A stretch of DNA of 64,000 bases from an uncultured Nitrososphaeraceae archaeon (lineage in GTDB: Archaea > Thermoproteota > Nitrososphaeria > Nitrososphaerales > Nitrososphaeraceae): NCBI GenBank assembly GCA_963765895.1, contig CAVXZB010000019.1, positions 96,001 to 160,000 on the forward strand, read 5' to 3'. Shown piece after piece: positions 33,057 to 44,618 of this stretch. The notes under the pieces are model-generated. The model did no database searches. It had not been told where the DNA came from and saw nothing but the letters and a program-made list of their open reading frames with translations. Position numbers and translations under genes: made by a program. Each line of letters begins with the position of its first letter. Position 1 is the first letter of the stretch.

Positions 33057-34085
33057 ATGCAGACACCTGATACCAAGTCACAGAAAAAGAAAGCAGTGGC
33101 ACTCCTATCTGGTGGCCTAGATAGCAACTTGGCAGTTAGAATTATGCGCGAGCAAGGCATAGACGTAGAAGCGGTGTCAATCAAAACACCCTTTTGTGAT
33201 TTTGACTGCGGTAGAGGATGTGGGCACAATCTAAAGGAAGTCGCGTCTGATCTGGGCATTAAACTCAAGACTATATACTTGGGAGAGGATTATCTCAAGA
33301 TGGTGAAGAACCCGAAACACGGCTACGGTTCTGGTATGAATCCTTGCATAGATTGCAGAGCTATGATGTATAGGAGTGCAAAGGCCCATATGGATGAAAT
33401 AGGAGCCGATTTTTTAATCACTGGCGAAGTTCTTTCTCAAAGACCGATGAGTCAGAATAAAAGAGCATTGCAGATTATTGAGCGAGCAGCCGAAGTTGAG
33501 GGCAAGGTCGTGCGGCCATTATCCGGAAGAAACCTTCCTCCTTCCGAGCCCGAGATTTCCGGTCTGATAAAACGCGAAAACCTTTATTCCATAAGTGGCA
33601 GGTCTAGAAAAGAACAGCTCAAGCTGGCAAAGCACTACGGCATAAATGACCCTCCCAACGCTGCTGGGGGATGCTTGTTAACAGATCGAAGCTTTTCAAA
33701 TAGACTAAGAGACCTTATCGCAAAGTGTGATTTTGACATGACTTTAAATGATGTAGAGCTCCTGAAAGTCGGTAGGCATTTTAGATTGTCTGATACCGCG
33801 AAACTAATAGTAGGTAGAAAGGAGGAAGAAAATGAAATTATAAGTAGTCTTTCGAGGAGTAACGACCTATTACTGGAAGCAATAGAATACAAAGGACCGG
33901 TGGGAATGATACGGGCAAGTGATCCAACGTCGTTATTGATCACTGCCGCAGCAATAGTTCTCAGATATTCGGACGCACCTAAATTAGGCGCATCTGCGGT
34001 GGGAGTCTATACTGGTGATCAGATTTTGTTCAGTATAAACACAATTCCATGTGAAGAATCATTACTTGATAATTTGAGAATCTAA
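33057..34085 (+). CDS. PP-loop tRNA thiolation protein (ThiI/MnmA-like, DUF814-type C-terminus)
   Basis: LLSGGLDS, NPCIDCR, TGEVL.QRPMSQ, GRSRKEQ, AGGCLLTD, GRHFR. Confidence 0.82.
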   Translation: MQTPDTKSQKKKAVALLSGGLDSNLAVRIMREQGIDVEAVSIKTPFCDFDCGRGCGHNLKEVASDLGIKLKTIYLGEDYLKMVKNPKHGYGSGMNPCIDCRAMMYRSAKAHMDEIGADFLITGEVLSQRPMSQNKRALQIIERAAEVEGKVVRPLSGRNLPPSEPEISGLIKRENLYSISGRSRKEQLKLAKHYGINDPPNAAGGCLLTDRSFSNRLRDLIAKCDFDMTLNDVELLKVGRHFRLSDTAKLIVGRKEEENEIISSLSRSNDLLLEAIEYKGPVGMIRASDPTSLLITAAAIVLRYSDAPKLGASAVGVYTGDQILFSINTIPCEESLLDNLRI

Positions 34086-34764
34086 AGCAGTTATTTTAGT
34101 TACGTATAGCAAAATACTCATGTGGTGACGGAGATGGTTGCATACTGAAATGCGGCGAATCTAAATACTATGCTCTTACGTAAGCGCAACGCATTGATGC
34201 AGAAACAAAATGAGGTTAGATAGGACGGGAATTCTCAAAAAATTACGAGATATCCACTTTTTGAACCATCTTGTTACTGAACACAAAAATTGTGGATTTT
34301 ACTCTTTCTTAAGATTAATTATGCACAAGCCAGAACAATAAATAATCTGTTGGCTTCGCGATGCGTTTTGACTTGGATAGAGTATCCTTCGAAATATATT
34401 ACAGCGTTGCGAGCTAATAATGGCAAAGGGAGCCTTACTAATGGATCCAAGAGTTACCATATTGTATACGTGTTGATGCAATTAGTAACATACATAAGTT
34501 ATTTGCCAATCGAAGAGTGGATCAAATGTATCGTTGACAACATACATTTCGTGAAATCGACTTCTTGTCGAATAATTTCTAAAGACGCTCAGGTAATCGT
34601 CAAATATTGTGTCATAACAAACACGAATCGAGTTCGGTGACTCTATCAAAAGCTAGAGTGGAACATCAGAGCTATGATGCTAAGTAGTGATTTCGGTAGA
34701 TTTGAGGGAAAGCGTAAGACACCCTAAAATATTCCAACCTGCCATTTGGCAATTAGCGTTTGAT

Positions 34765-36648
34765 TTAAACAAGCCTAACTGATTCTTCTACTAACGGATA
34801 CTGTGTTTGAATTTTAAGAATCTTATTAACTGAATTTGCTAAATTCTGAACTCTTGTTTTTTCACCATGATTAATCAATACTCGTCTAAGTTTTTGTTTC
34901 ATTCTGCTTATATAGGCCAGTGACTGATTATAATCATTGTGTGGAGATAGCCCGTTTATTGTCTCGATCTGTAATTGTAAATCAAATACCTCATCTTCAA
35001 CTAATTGACGAGTTGAACCATCTTGGATGCTTTTCCCTAGTGTTCCGGGTATTTGATAAGATGTAAAAACGATCTTATTTGTTGGAGATCTGCAAATTTG
35101 TTTTAGATAGTGAACAGATGGTCCGCAGTTAAGCATTGATGAAGGCGCCAAAATAACAGCAGGTCCGGCATCTAGATTCGATGAATCAATTGTCTTAAGG
35201 TTATCAGGTCTTAAAGGATTTTCGTTACCTTGAGAAAGTACTGTTTGCAATTCTTTTGATAGATACTGAATGTAACTATCATAAATAGATGTAGTTTCTG
35301 CTATGATTTTCTCGATGAGAATTGATGATCTCTTGATCTTCCCCAGAGTCATGTAGCGGTTGATAGTCAACATCAATTCTTGCGGAAGTCCAACTGAGGG
35401 TACTGGTAAGAGTACTTTTCCTCCTTCAATAATCGTATTATTTAAACTTTCAATTAAAGTGGCATCTGCCTCATCACGGTGTGGGAAAACGTCTTGTCTT
35501 CCGCCGTACGTTCCTTCTATAATAAGTGTCTCAACTCTTGGGAAATTCCAAACGGCATTGTCAAGAGAATATGTCCTTCCAAACTTTAGGTCACCAGAAT
35601 AGACCAAATTATGATCGCCATTACCAATATGAATGTGGATTATAGAAGAACCTATAATGTGTCCGGAGTTCCCGAGGGTTATCTTGATGTCTGGAGATAT
35701 ATCTGTCACGCTTCCGAATGTCAACGGAATGGTGTGAAGAATCATCTTCTCTATCTCTTTTATTGAGTAAAATGCCTGGGATCCAGCCTCCTCAATAAAG
35801 TGCTTGTGCAAAACGTACATGAGATGCACTGTTGGATCAGAACAATAGACCGGACCAGAATAGCCATACTTGAAGAGCGCCGGGAGGAATCCTGTATGAT
35901 CTAGATGAGCATGACTAATTACTACGGCATCGATATCGTACATTTTTATACCCAGGATGTCAAACCTCGGCATCGCGGTAATTCTATCTCGTGAATAAGG
36001 ATTGATCCCACAATCAAATATAACTTTGCTCTCGTCAGTAACAAGCAAAAAACAAGATCTTCCAGCTTCGCCGAAGCCACCCAAAGCGATTATACTAGCC
36101 TCAACGGTCTCGCTCAACTTGGATCTAAATATTTTTTCGCCTACTATTTTATAAAATTGTGCACGTTCTTCCACTCCTTTCTTCAAGACATCGTTAATTT
36201 CCTTTATGCTTGTGATCATCTCAGGACTTCTCATTAAAATGAGCTTCCACCCTGTTTTCTTTAGAAATTCACTACTGATACTGTTGAAATCAGTAGATGT
36301 TGGTAAGCTTTGGATCCACACCCTGGCCTCTCCTAATGCATCATCAAAAAAAATCTCTCCTATTCCGTTCTCAGCCGGCAACACCTCTAGTAACATTTTC
36401 AATGACTCTTTTTCAGGCAGTCGGATGGACTCATCTGTGCGGATGACTATCCTCTTCTTAAGGATATTTACCATATTAGAAATAATTTGTGTATCCTTCA
36501 TGATGAACTCAATATTTTTTGCATAAAGGGCAATTCTCGGGCCCTCGTAAACAATCTTCGTAAGACCGGAATCCGTAGGTATATTATTCAATATACTAGC
36601 CATAATGTTCTGTTTTGAAGACTCATTTCCTGATGAACTATTTTGCAT
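34765..36648 (-). CDS. aCPSF1/FttA-like KH + metallo-beta-lactamase/beta-CASP ribonuclease (divergent paralog)
   Basis: YEGP.IALY KH start, GG..E.GRSC, HAHLDH, GHIIGS, YSGD, TYG, SPHND, HGE. Confidence 0.88.
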   Translation of the reverse strand: MQNSSSGNESSKQNIMASILNNIPTDSGLTKIVYEGPRIALYAKNIEFIMKDTQIISNMVNILKKRIVIRTDESIRLPEKESLKMLLEVLPAENGIGEIFFDDALGEARVWIQSLPTSTDFNSISSEFLKKTGWKLILMRSPEMITSIKEINDVLKKGVEERAQFYKIVGEKIFRSKLSETVEASIIALGGFGEAGRSCFLLVTDESKVIFDCGINPYSRDRITAMPRFDILGIKMYDIDAVVISHAHLDHTGFLPALFKYGYSGPVYCSDPTVHLMYVLHKHFIEEAGSQAFYSIKEIEKMILHTIPLTFGSVTDISPDIKITLGNSGHIIGSSIIHIHIGNGDHNLVYSGDLKFGRTYSLDNAVWNFPRVETLIIEGTYGGRQDVFPHRDEADATLIESLNNTIIEGGKVLLPVPSVGLPQELMLTINRYMTLGKIKRSSILIEKIIAETTSIYDSYIQYLSKELQTVLSQGNENPLRPDNLKTIDSSNLDAGPAVILAPSSMLNCGPSVHYLKQICRSPTNKIVFTSYQIPGTLGKSIQDGSTRQLVEDEVFDLQLQIETINGLSPHNDYNQSLAYISRMKQKLRRVLINHGEKTRVQNLANSVNKILKIQTQYPLVEESVRLV

Positions 36649-37302
36649 GTTTTATCATTTCACTACTAATATGACAATGTTAAGCCTTAAAGCGCGGTTT
36701 AACTACATTTGTAACAGTATTGCCATTTAAAGATGTTTCGTAAATGACGCATGGATAGAATAAGATGTTTAGATCAGTTGTTGTTTGAATCATTAAGTTG
36801 AAATAGCGCAAACATGATTTTCTGACACTGACTGACTTGGAGACTAATAATGCACATTTTCTAGAAAAACGATCAGAAACTTATTCCGTATCCATGCAGT
36901 TAGCAATATCCTGTTGCCTTACAATTTATGTGCCACTTTGGTTATAACGTTGGTGACTTATTTCCGGGACATGTACGATTCAGACAAAGTGCGAACTTTA
37001 ATTAAGGGCTCAATTAAAGAGGAACGAATTATTAATAGGCAAGCGAGAAATGCAGGATCACTAGTTGCAAATGCCACATAGTCTTTATGAGAGAAACAAA
37101 CTTTGCTGACAATATTGCATATGATACTTCAGTAGTCGGGTACACGATTTACTACAGCTGCTAATAGAGAGATCTCTTCAAATCACTATGAAGCCAGTTG
37201 ATGACCCACGTTCCTACTGCAAAACTATTTTAGTGAGAACAAGCATATTGACGAATTCTAGCAAATGAATCAATATTTACACCTTTGTATTGTTGTTTTG
37301 GG

Positions 37303-38385
37303 ATGAATATGACCAGTCTGGGTTCTAATTCTACCCACTTGATGGAATTTCCTAGGAAGATCCTCATTGGTCCAAACGTAATCCAGGATTTGGGATCGTT
37401 TCTGACCGCGTTGAGTGAGAATTTCTCAAATCTTGCAATTGTGACCGGAAGGACTGTGAAGTCAAGAGTTCAATCAATGTGTCAGTCATCTCTAAGTAAT
37501 TTTTCCTTTAATGATGCTTGGTATACTGTTAATGATGCAACAATGTTTTCTGTTAAGTCATTAGAAGAGAGTATGAGCTCTAATCTACCTGATGCTATCC
37601 TTGGACTTGGTGGCGGGCGTTCAGTAGACATTGCTAAGATGGCCGCATTTGATCTCGGAAAACCTCTCATAAGTATTCCTACTTCTGCTTCACATGATGG
37701 TATATCTAGCCCTTTCGTTTCTATACGAGGAATAGACAAGCCCTTCTCGATTCAGGCTAATACCCCTTTAGCTGTATTAGCCGATACTCATCTTCTCTCT
37801 GAAGCACCAAAACGCCTCCTGTCGAGCGGATGCGGCGACCTCGTAGCTAAGGTTACCGCAGTAAAGGATTGGGAGCTCGCAAGGGAGGATACTAATGAAT
37901 ACTATGGAGCATACGCTGCCAATCTTGCATTCCTGAGTGCAAAAATTATAATCGACAAATTTTCTGAAGAGAACCATGAGGATACCCAGAATGAAATTCG
38001 TACCATCATTGAAGCACTGATAAGTGCAGGTGTCGCTTCTTGTATTGCAGGTAGTAGTAGGCCGTGCTCTGGGGCTGAACATCTATTTAGTCATGCGATT
38101 GAATACGTCGCAGGACATGGTTATGGACTTCATGGTGAAAGAGTCGGATTAGGTACTATTATGATGGCAAAACTCCATGGGCTTGACTGGCAAAAAGTAG
38201 CGGACACGCTGCGAAATGTCGGTGCTCCGACGACTGCTAAAGAACTTGGATTAAATGAACAGCATATAGTCTCATCATTAGTCCTGGCACGATCATTAAG
38301 ACCGGACAGATATACCATTCTTAACAAAATTAAGCTAGACAATTTATCAGCCCTTGACTTAGCAAGATCTGTTTCAGTTATATGA
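37303..38385 (+). CDS. egsA: sn-glycerol-1-phosphate dehydrogenase
   Basis: GGGRSVDIAK, PTSASHDGI.S, GCGD..AK, SSRPCSGAEHLFSHA, LHGE. Confidence 0.95.
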   Translation: MNMTSLGSNSTHLMEFPRKILIGPNVIQDLGSFLTALSENFSNLAIVTGRTVKSRVQSMCQSSLSNFSFNDAWYTVNDATMFSVKSLEESMSSNLPDAILGLGGGRSVDIAKMAAFDLGKPLISIPTSASHDGISSPFVSIRGIDKPFSIQANTPLAVLADTHLLSEAPKRLLSSGCGDLVAKVTAVKDWELAREDTNEYYGAYAANLAFLSAKIIIDKFSEENHEDTQNEIRTIIEALISAGVASCIAGSSRPCSGAEHLFSHAIEYVAGHGYGLHGERVGLGTIMMAKLHGLDWQKVADTLRNVGAPTTAKELGLNEQHIVSSLVLARSLRPDRYTILNKIKLDNLSALDLARSVSVI

Positions 38386-38479
38386 AAGTCTGAAGCGGTC
38401 TGAAAAGCAATAACTTGCCGGGCTGCGAGGAAAAGCCTCTCTAGGATGTATTCACAGGTTATAGTATAACAAGAAGATG

Positions 38480-39239
38480 TTAGGCTGTCTTGTTCTCTGA
38501 AGCTTCCAATACTTTTTCGTCAGATTTTGGCTCTTCTAATGGCGCTGGAGACTCGCTCGTTGTCTTATATTCTTCTATAAAATAAACAGTCTTAATTTCT
38601 TTGACAAATTTGAAAATATCCTCTGCGATCGCTCTTTTGACAATTTGTAATCCCTCCAATAGATAACTCTCTCCTGGTAATCTAACTTCCACAGTTGATA
38701 TATCTGATTTAATTTCAATTGACTTATCATCAATTGGAATTCTTCTATTTATGAGCTGAAAAGCCTTTTCAGCAGTGCTATCCACTGTCTTCAAAATGTT
38801 CGCTTCGTAAACAAGCAAACGGCCAGCGTACTTGTGGTTAAAGTCAACTTGAACTCGACCAGAGCCTATGTACCTAACTGTACCACGACGTTGATCTCAG
38901 CTCTATTTCATCGCCTACCCCTACCTCATCTGCCTTTTCACCTAACTTTCGCTGTGCAATCATTCTTACTTTACTGGGCTCTCTTTCTCCAAATCCCTTA
39001 TCTGGAGTGACTGTAATACTTAATTTATCACCAGAATTAGCGTTTGCCAATGCTTCGTCAACACCCTTCAATACCCATCCTTCCCCTACGGATATTAGTC
39101 TTGATCCATATCGTCTATCTGGATCATAAATATTATTTTTTTTAGCTTCTTCTTCGTTAGTAGTTTCAAATACTTGGCTAGTATCTTTAATCTTGGCAGT
39201 ATAATCAACTAATATCAAAGTACCCTTCTCTAAAGTCAT
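38480..39239 (-). CDS. long archaeal FKBP-type peptidyl-prolyl isomerase (SlyD-like; +1 frameshift at ~38898)
   Basis: VDYT, FETT, G.GWV..G.DEAL, P.KGFGER; after the shift, VQVDFNHKYAG read on the minus strand. Confidence 0.9.
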
Positions 39240-39298
39240 AAAACTCGCTAATGATTTACCATATATTAAGTTTGACGCATGAAGCAAACCGTGTTCTT

Positions 39299-40441
39299 TT
39301 ATGGAATAGCTTTTAATTTTTCAGCCGCTATGCCTAAAGGTTCGTCATTCGTTTTGGCGTTTAACATACTAGTTACCGAGTTAATAGACGAAATTGTGCG
39401 CATGACGTGATATTTGTTCACTTCTCCCATACATCCTATTCTAAATACTTTTCCTTTTAGCTTACCGAAACCACCTGCAACCAATACCTTAAACTGCTTT
39501 GAAAGCGACGTTCTAAATTTGGAGTCATCCATCCCGTCCATGTAATTGAAGGCAATAACGACGTTGCTTCTTGCCTCAAGCTTGGCAAAAGGCTTGAATC
39601 CAATTGCACCCAAGCTGCTGTAAAAGGCGTCGGCACAGGTTGCGTGCCTTCTTATTCTAGTTTCCAAACCTTCCTCCAACACCATATCCAAAGCTTCATT
39701 GAAAGCAAAAAAGAGAGGCAATGCAGGCGTAAATGGTGTCTCAAAATTTTCTTCAAAATATTTAAAGTATCTTGCGAGATTAAAATACTGAGTCGGAGGT
39801 GGGTTGGACTTTAAGTACTTTTTAGCCTTGTCACTAATCGATATTGGCGATACGCCAGGAGGAGCCGCTAAGGCCTTTTGTGAAGCCGTTACACAGATAT
39901 CAATGCCCCACTTATCGACAGGAAGCTCATCGCCGCCTAATATGGAAACAGCGTCTGCAATGAAAAAAGCCCCCTTACTATTACATAGTTCGCCTAGCTT
40001 TTCCAAGTACCGTAGGGTTGTTCCAGTGGAAGTTTCATTGTAGACCGCGTATGCAGCCTTGATTTCATTCTTTTCAAACGCCTCTTCAATGGCTCCAAAA
40101 GGTGGATTTTCTCCAAATTCGGATTCTACTCGAATCGCATGTCCCCCCCATGCATCAATTAAATCTGCCAGACGATTTCCAAACTCACCATTGACAGGAA
40201 CAAGCGCTTTATCGCCCTTTCTAATCATGTTTATCACAGATGCTTCAACAGCACCAGTACCTGATGCTGTTAACAAAATAATGTCGTTCTCAGTCTGAAA
40301 GACTTGTTTGGTTTTCGATACAATAGTCTTGTATAGATTTCTAAAATCATCGCTTCTGTGATTAATAATTGGAGTAAGCATAGCATTCATCACTCTCTCG
40401 GGCACATTGGTTGGACCAGGCACCATCACTAAATATTCCAT
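39299..40441 (-). CDS. class V PLP aminotransferase (serine-pyruvate/alanine-glyoxylate type)
   Basis: VPGPT, SGTGAVEA, NETSTG, DAVS, ASQKAL.APPG, FRIG.MG. Confidence 0.92.
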   Translation of the reverse strand: MEYLVMVPGPTNVPERVMNAMLTPIINHRSDDFRNLYKTIVSKTKQVFQTENDIILLTASGTGAVEASVINMIRKGDKALVPVNGEFGNRLADLIDAWGGHAIRVESEFGENPPFGAIEEAFEKNEIKAAYAVYNETSTGTTLRYLEKLGELCNSKGAFFIADAVSILGGDELPVDKWGIDICVTASQKALAAPPGVSPISISDKAKKYLKSNPPPTQYFNLARYFKYFEENFETPFTPALPLFFAFNEALDMVLEEGLETRIRRHATCADAFYSSLGAIGFKPFAKLEARSNVVIAFNYMDGMDDSKFRTSLSKQFKVLVAGGFGKLKGKVFRIGCMGEVNKYHVMRTISSINSVTSMLNAKTNDEPLGIAAEKLKAIP

Positions 40442-40512
40442 AATCTAATCGATAAGACCGATCGTCCCCGTATTTATAATTACACGAATAGTAAAAATGA
40501 TAATACTCTCAT

Positions 40513-41617
40513 GTGACAACACATGGCATGTTCGCTAATAATAGAGATAAGGTTCTTGGTCTCATTTCTGAACTGCATTGTGACACATTAGTTTCCTTCA
40601 GGCCAGAAAATATCTACTATCTTACTGGGTTCTGGGGAGAATCAGTAGCGGTTTGCGCGAGAAACAGTTCTAAACTCATTTTACCACGATTGGAAGCCAA
40701 AAGGGCAGAAAAAGCAGCTCCGTCGTATGAAATAATTGCTTCAGAACGCGGCAAGCCCATTATAGAGCAAGTTTTGAACCAAATCAAAAGAAAAAAAATT
40801 TGCTCTGATTGTGATGACCATGTTTTGATAGAATTCTTGCTTAAAAACCTGACGAAAGGCTCTCTTATTATTAATTCTGAGCCTTTTTCTAAAGCTGAGG
40901 ATAATAAAGGAAAAACAAGAAATCGAGATGATAGCCAAGGCCTCTCAGATAATTGACAAATTGTATGAACGGTGTATTCAAGAACTAAGGCCAGGTCAAT
41001 CTGAAAGCTCGTTACAGGCGATTCTTGTTTATGAAGCACTGAGATCTGGCGCAAATTTGGTATCTTATAAATGGTCTACTAACCCAATTATTGTCGCATC
41101 GGGTCACAATAGCTCATATCCTCATGCTCAGGTCACGGATAGAATTTTTGGCAAGAATGACATAGTCGTCGTTGATTTGACCCTTCGATACAATAATTAT
41201 ATTGGAGATGCAACAAGAACATTTTTTCTTGGGACGCCAAGCCCAAGAGTTAAAAATGTCTATGAAGTAGTGAAGATCGCGCAGCAGGCCGGAATCGAAG
41301 CATTGACCTCACCACAAATATCCGGAAACATAGACAAGGTAACAAGATCAATCATAGCAAGAGGAGGTTACGGGGATGATTTTATACATTCTACTGGACA
41401 TGGCGTAGGATTAGAAGTTCACGAAAGACCTTGGATCAGGGCTGACGGTGAGGAGTGCATACAAAGTAATATGGCTGTTACGATAGAACCTGGAATATAT
41501 ATTAAAAACAAGTTTGGGGTGAGAATAGAAGACACCTTATTAGTAAAAAATAATTTTACTGGCGAGCCTGCAAGAAACTTCAACTCGTTTACTAAAGAGC
41601 TAATAGAGATTACCTGA
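40513..41617 (+). CDS. pepP: Xaa-Pro aminopeptidase (M24B; +1 frameshift at ~40897)
   Basis: ENIYYLTGF N-terminal domain; PH, D.TRT, HSTGHGVGLEVHE.P, TIEPGIY, GVRIED. Confidence 0.9.
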
Positions 41618-41678
41618 CTCTGATTACAGAAAATTAGCTGAATACAAACGGGAAAACCAAGACAAAACCTTACCATGA

Positions 41679-42976
41679 CTATTGCAATTGTTTTGATTTA
41701 GCTGCTCGAATCTCGATAATGTCCAGTAAGGATTTTGCAAACATTGGCTTATCTTGTATCGGTGTATGGATGACATTTTTCTCAACATCAACTATATAAG
41801 TCTCAATCTTGTCGGAACCAATTTTAGAGCAGTCTCTACCTATATCATTTGCAACCATCATGTCGCATCTAGATTTAATCAGTCTTTCATATGCCTTTTC
41901 AATCAAAACTGAACAAGGTAAGCTATATTCAGCTTTGAAACCAACCAAAAACATCTTATTCGATAAGTCTCTAACTTCATCAATAATCTTTTTGGTGGGA
42001 GACAATCTTAAATCAAGGTAGGGAGAATCACTTTTCAGTTTAATATTTGATTTGTCCGCTAGAGTATAATCACTTACCGCTGCGCTAAAGATACCTACGT
42101 CGTGTACTCTGAGCTAGACAATACCTGTCTTACAGTATTGAGCATATCTTCTGATGTACTTACATTAATTATTCTTGAGTCATTCAACTCCTCAAAATTT
42201 GAGCAGCCATTTCCAAAAACTAGTGTCACGTCGGCTCCCCTAGCCTTTGCTTCTCGAGCGATAGAGATGCCAGTCTTACCACTACTTAGGTTGCTAATCA
42301 CTCTGACAGGATCAATAAATTCAATAGTACCTCCAGCAGTGACAAGGACTTTTTTATTTTCGAACCAACTCTTTTGTGAGATTGGTTGAAGTTTTTTGAT
42401 GACAAGGGCAACAACGCTTTCGAAGGCGGTAACCTTCGCTTTGCCTTCGTAAATATCAGGTTCTAGAATATCGATTCCTACTTGTTTGAGCTTATCTATG
42501 TTGGCGAGAATAAGCTTATTGTAAAACATCGATTGATGCATTGCGGGACAAATAATTATCGGGATATTCGCTCCAACAGCAACCGATAGGATTGAAGTAA
42601 CGGAAGTATCGTCGATCCCATTTGCGATCTTGCTAATCGTATTGGCAGTACACGGATAGACGATAATAAGATCAGAAGTATTGTAGTCAGCCAACGAAAT
42701 GTGCTCTAGATTTCCGGTTAACTTCGTAACCACGTTGTTACCGGTGGCCCATTTCATCAGTTCCGGATTAATTAACTTTGATGAGCTGGTATCAGACATT
42801 ACAGGATAGACCTCAGCTCCATATCTCATAAGAAGCCGCGCAAGATCGACCGCCTTGTATGCCGCTACGCTACCAGTTATACAGAGTACTATCTTCTTAT
42901 TCAGAAGTACTGTACCCAGACTAGCGATAATATCTTTGGACGGATGTTTATTTTGATTTATTCCGGTCCCATTCAT
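41679..42976 (-). CDS. coaBC: bifunctional phosphopantothenoylcysteine decarboxylase/synthetase (+2 frameshift at ~42100)
   Basis: ITGSVAAYK, PCTANTI.K, PAMH, VTAGGT.E.IDPVR...N.SSGK.G; AAVSDY, VGFKAE, VAND. Confidence 0.93.
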
Positions 42977-43833
42977 TCATCCACACCGTCGCCCTTTCCT
43001 AGCATGTTCTTCAATCTAGAATATTCATCATTGGACATATGAAAAATATTTTCTTTTGAGGGAAAGACTCCTGATCTTACGTCGTTGATATAATTGGAAA
43101 GTGCCACGGAAATCACCTCTGATAGGTTCAGATATTGCTTCACAAACCTAGGCTTTAACTTTCCATAAAGACCCAAAATGTCATGCAAAACGAGTACTTG
43201 TCCATCACAATTGTTACCAGAGCCTATTCCGATAATGGGTACCGCTGTAGATTTGGAAATTATTTCAGTCACTTCATCTGTGACCATTTCCAGAACAATA
43301 CTAAATACACCGGCCTGTTCCAAGGACTTGGCATCAGAAATGATTTTGCGAGTCGCAGCCAGAGTATTCCCTTGAGTTTGATATCCATCCCATAATACTG
43401 ATGTTTGCGGTCTTAAACCAACGTGTCCCATAACCGGTATCCCTGAATCGACCAGGGCCTTAATCGTACCAGAAATTTCAGTCCCTCCTTCAAGTTTAAC
43501 CGCATCACTACCTGCTTTGATAAGTTTTATGGCATTGTCAATTGCACTATTTACGGAAGTTTGGTACGAGCCAAATGGCATATCTGCCGTAATTAGCGAG
43601 TGTTTTGTTGCTCTACCGACAGCTCCGACAAATAGTAACATCTCCTCCATTTGTACTGGTATTGTAGATGGATAACCCAGCACAACCATTCCTGCACTAT
43701 CACCAACTAGAATAATGTCAATTCCGGCATTATCGCAGAGGAATGCCATCGGATAATCGTAAGCAGTTAGGACAGTTAATTTTTCAGTACTACTCTTCTT
43801 TAGTAAAATGTCGTGAACTCTAAGCTTCTTCAT
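42973..43833 (-). CDS. panB: 3-methyl-2-oxobutanoate hydroxymethyltransferase
   Basis: LTAYD, LVGDS, DMPF, KLEGG, GHVGL.PQ, IGIG.G..CDGQVLV. Confidence 0.96.
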   Translation of the reverse strand: MKKLRVHDILLKKSSTEKLTVLTAYDYPMAFLCDNAGIDIILVGDSAGMVVLGYPSTIPVQMEEMLLFVGAVGRATKHSLITADMPFGSYQTSVNSAIDNAIKLIKAGSDAVKLEGGTEISGTIKALVDSGIPVMGHVGLRPQTSVLWDGYQTQGNTLAATRKIISDAKSLEQAGVFSIVLEMVTDEVTEIISKSTAVPIIGIGSGNNCDGQVLVLHDILGLYGKLKPRFVKQYLNLSEVISVALSNYINDVRSGVFPSKENIFHMSNDEYSRLKNMLGKGDGVDE

Positions 43834-43840
43834 AGTGCAA

Positions 43841-44617
43841 TTATTCTGAATTTGATTGTTTTTCGAGCCCATCAAGTATAACCTTTAATGAGTTAGCAAG
43901 GTTTCTTCTATTATCGAATTCGTCTATAATGTTCTGCAAATGGTCTATATCTTTTTCTCGCTTTAGGGCAGTTATAGTATCTATCATTGTCGGCATAACT
44001 CTAATTACATTATCCACAATAGTGATATCTGCTGTCTTAGCTGTTCTAGACAGAGGATTTATGTCCAGAGCAATAACTTTTTTGCCCATATCCAAAAGCG
44101 CTTGGGTACAATCTCCATCCTCCATAGTTAGCATGATTACATCCGCCTTGTAAATACCGTTAGAATGCACAAATCTTCTGCTGCTTGTTAGTCCTGGAAC
44201 AAGAGCCGATTTATTTGAAAAGGAACCAAGACAATCCTTTGCACCTTTACTTTCAAGTTCTTGATTTATCAAGCGTTCTCTTTCCGAAGAGCGATGGAAA
44301 AGATTGATTTCTATACGTGCTGGTATTAAATTGCTTAGCATGACGATTTCTGTAGAACACAATGCGGCAAAATTTCCATTAACTGATATGACCGGAAACT
44401 TGGCAGTCAGAAGAGAGCAACATGCAGCATCTATCGCGCTGAAAGAAAACTTACTAGTATGTTCGCCCATCAAATAGTCGAAAGCTTCTCCTCTTCCATG
44501 AGCGATTAGGCCTTCTGAGACAACGAATCCCCTCTGAAAGCCATCCACTAATTGAGATCTAGTCTTGAGTGATATAAACCTGGGATGGTTTTGGGGGATG
44601 TCCGATTTCAATTTCAA
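43841..44617 (-). CDS. 4-phosphopantoate--beta-alanine ligase (PPS)
   Basis: HPR..SL, GLIAHGRGEAFDYL.GE, SVNGN, EDGD, D.NPLSRT. Confidence 0.93.
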   Translation of the reverse strand: MKLKSDIPQNHPRFISLKTRSQLVDGFQRGFVVSEGLIAHGRGEAFDYLMGEHTSKFSFSAIDAACCSLLTAKFPVISVNGNFAALCSTEIVMLSNLIPARIEINLFHRSSERERLINQELESKGAKDCLGSFSNKSALVPGLTSSRRFVHSNGIYKADVIMLTMEDGDCTQALLDMGKKVIALDINPLSRTAKTADITIVDNVIRVMPTMIDTITALKREKDIDHLQNIIDEFDNRRNLANSLKVILDGLEKQSNSE

Positions 44618-44618
44618 T

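Noticed and set aside
34290-34640. 116-aa ORF between the ThiI-like gene and the aCPSF1 paralog
   Set aside because: TTG start, no recognisable motif, atypical composition; cannot be supported
37198-37255. TTGATGA-CCCACGTTCCTA possible C/D guide
   Set aside because: D' and D boxes are non-canonical and complementarity to rRNA cannot be verified here
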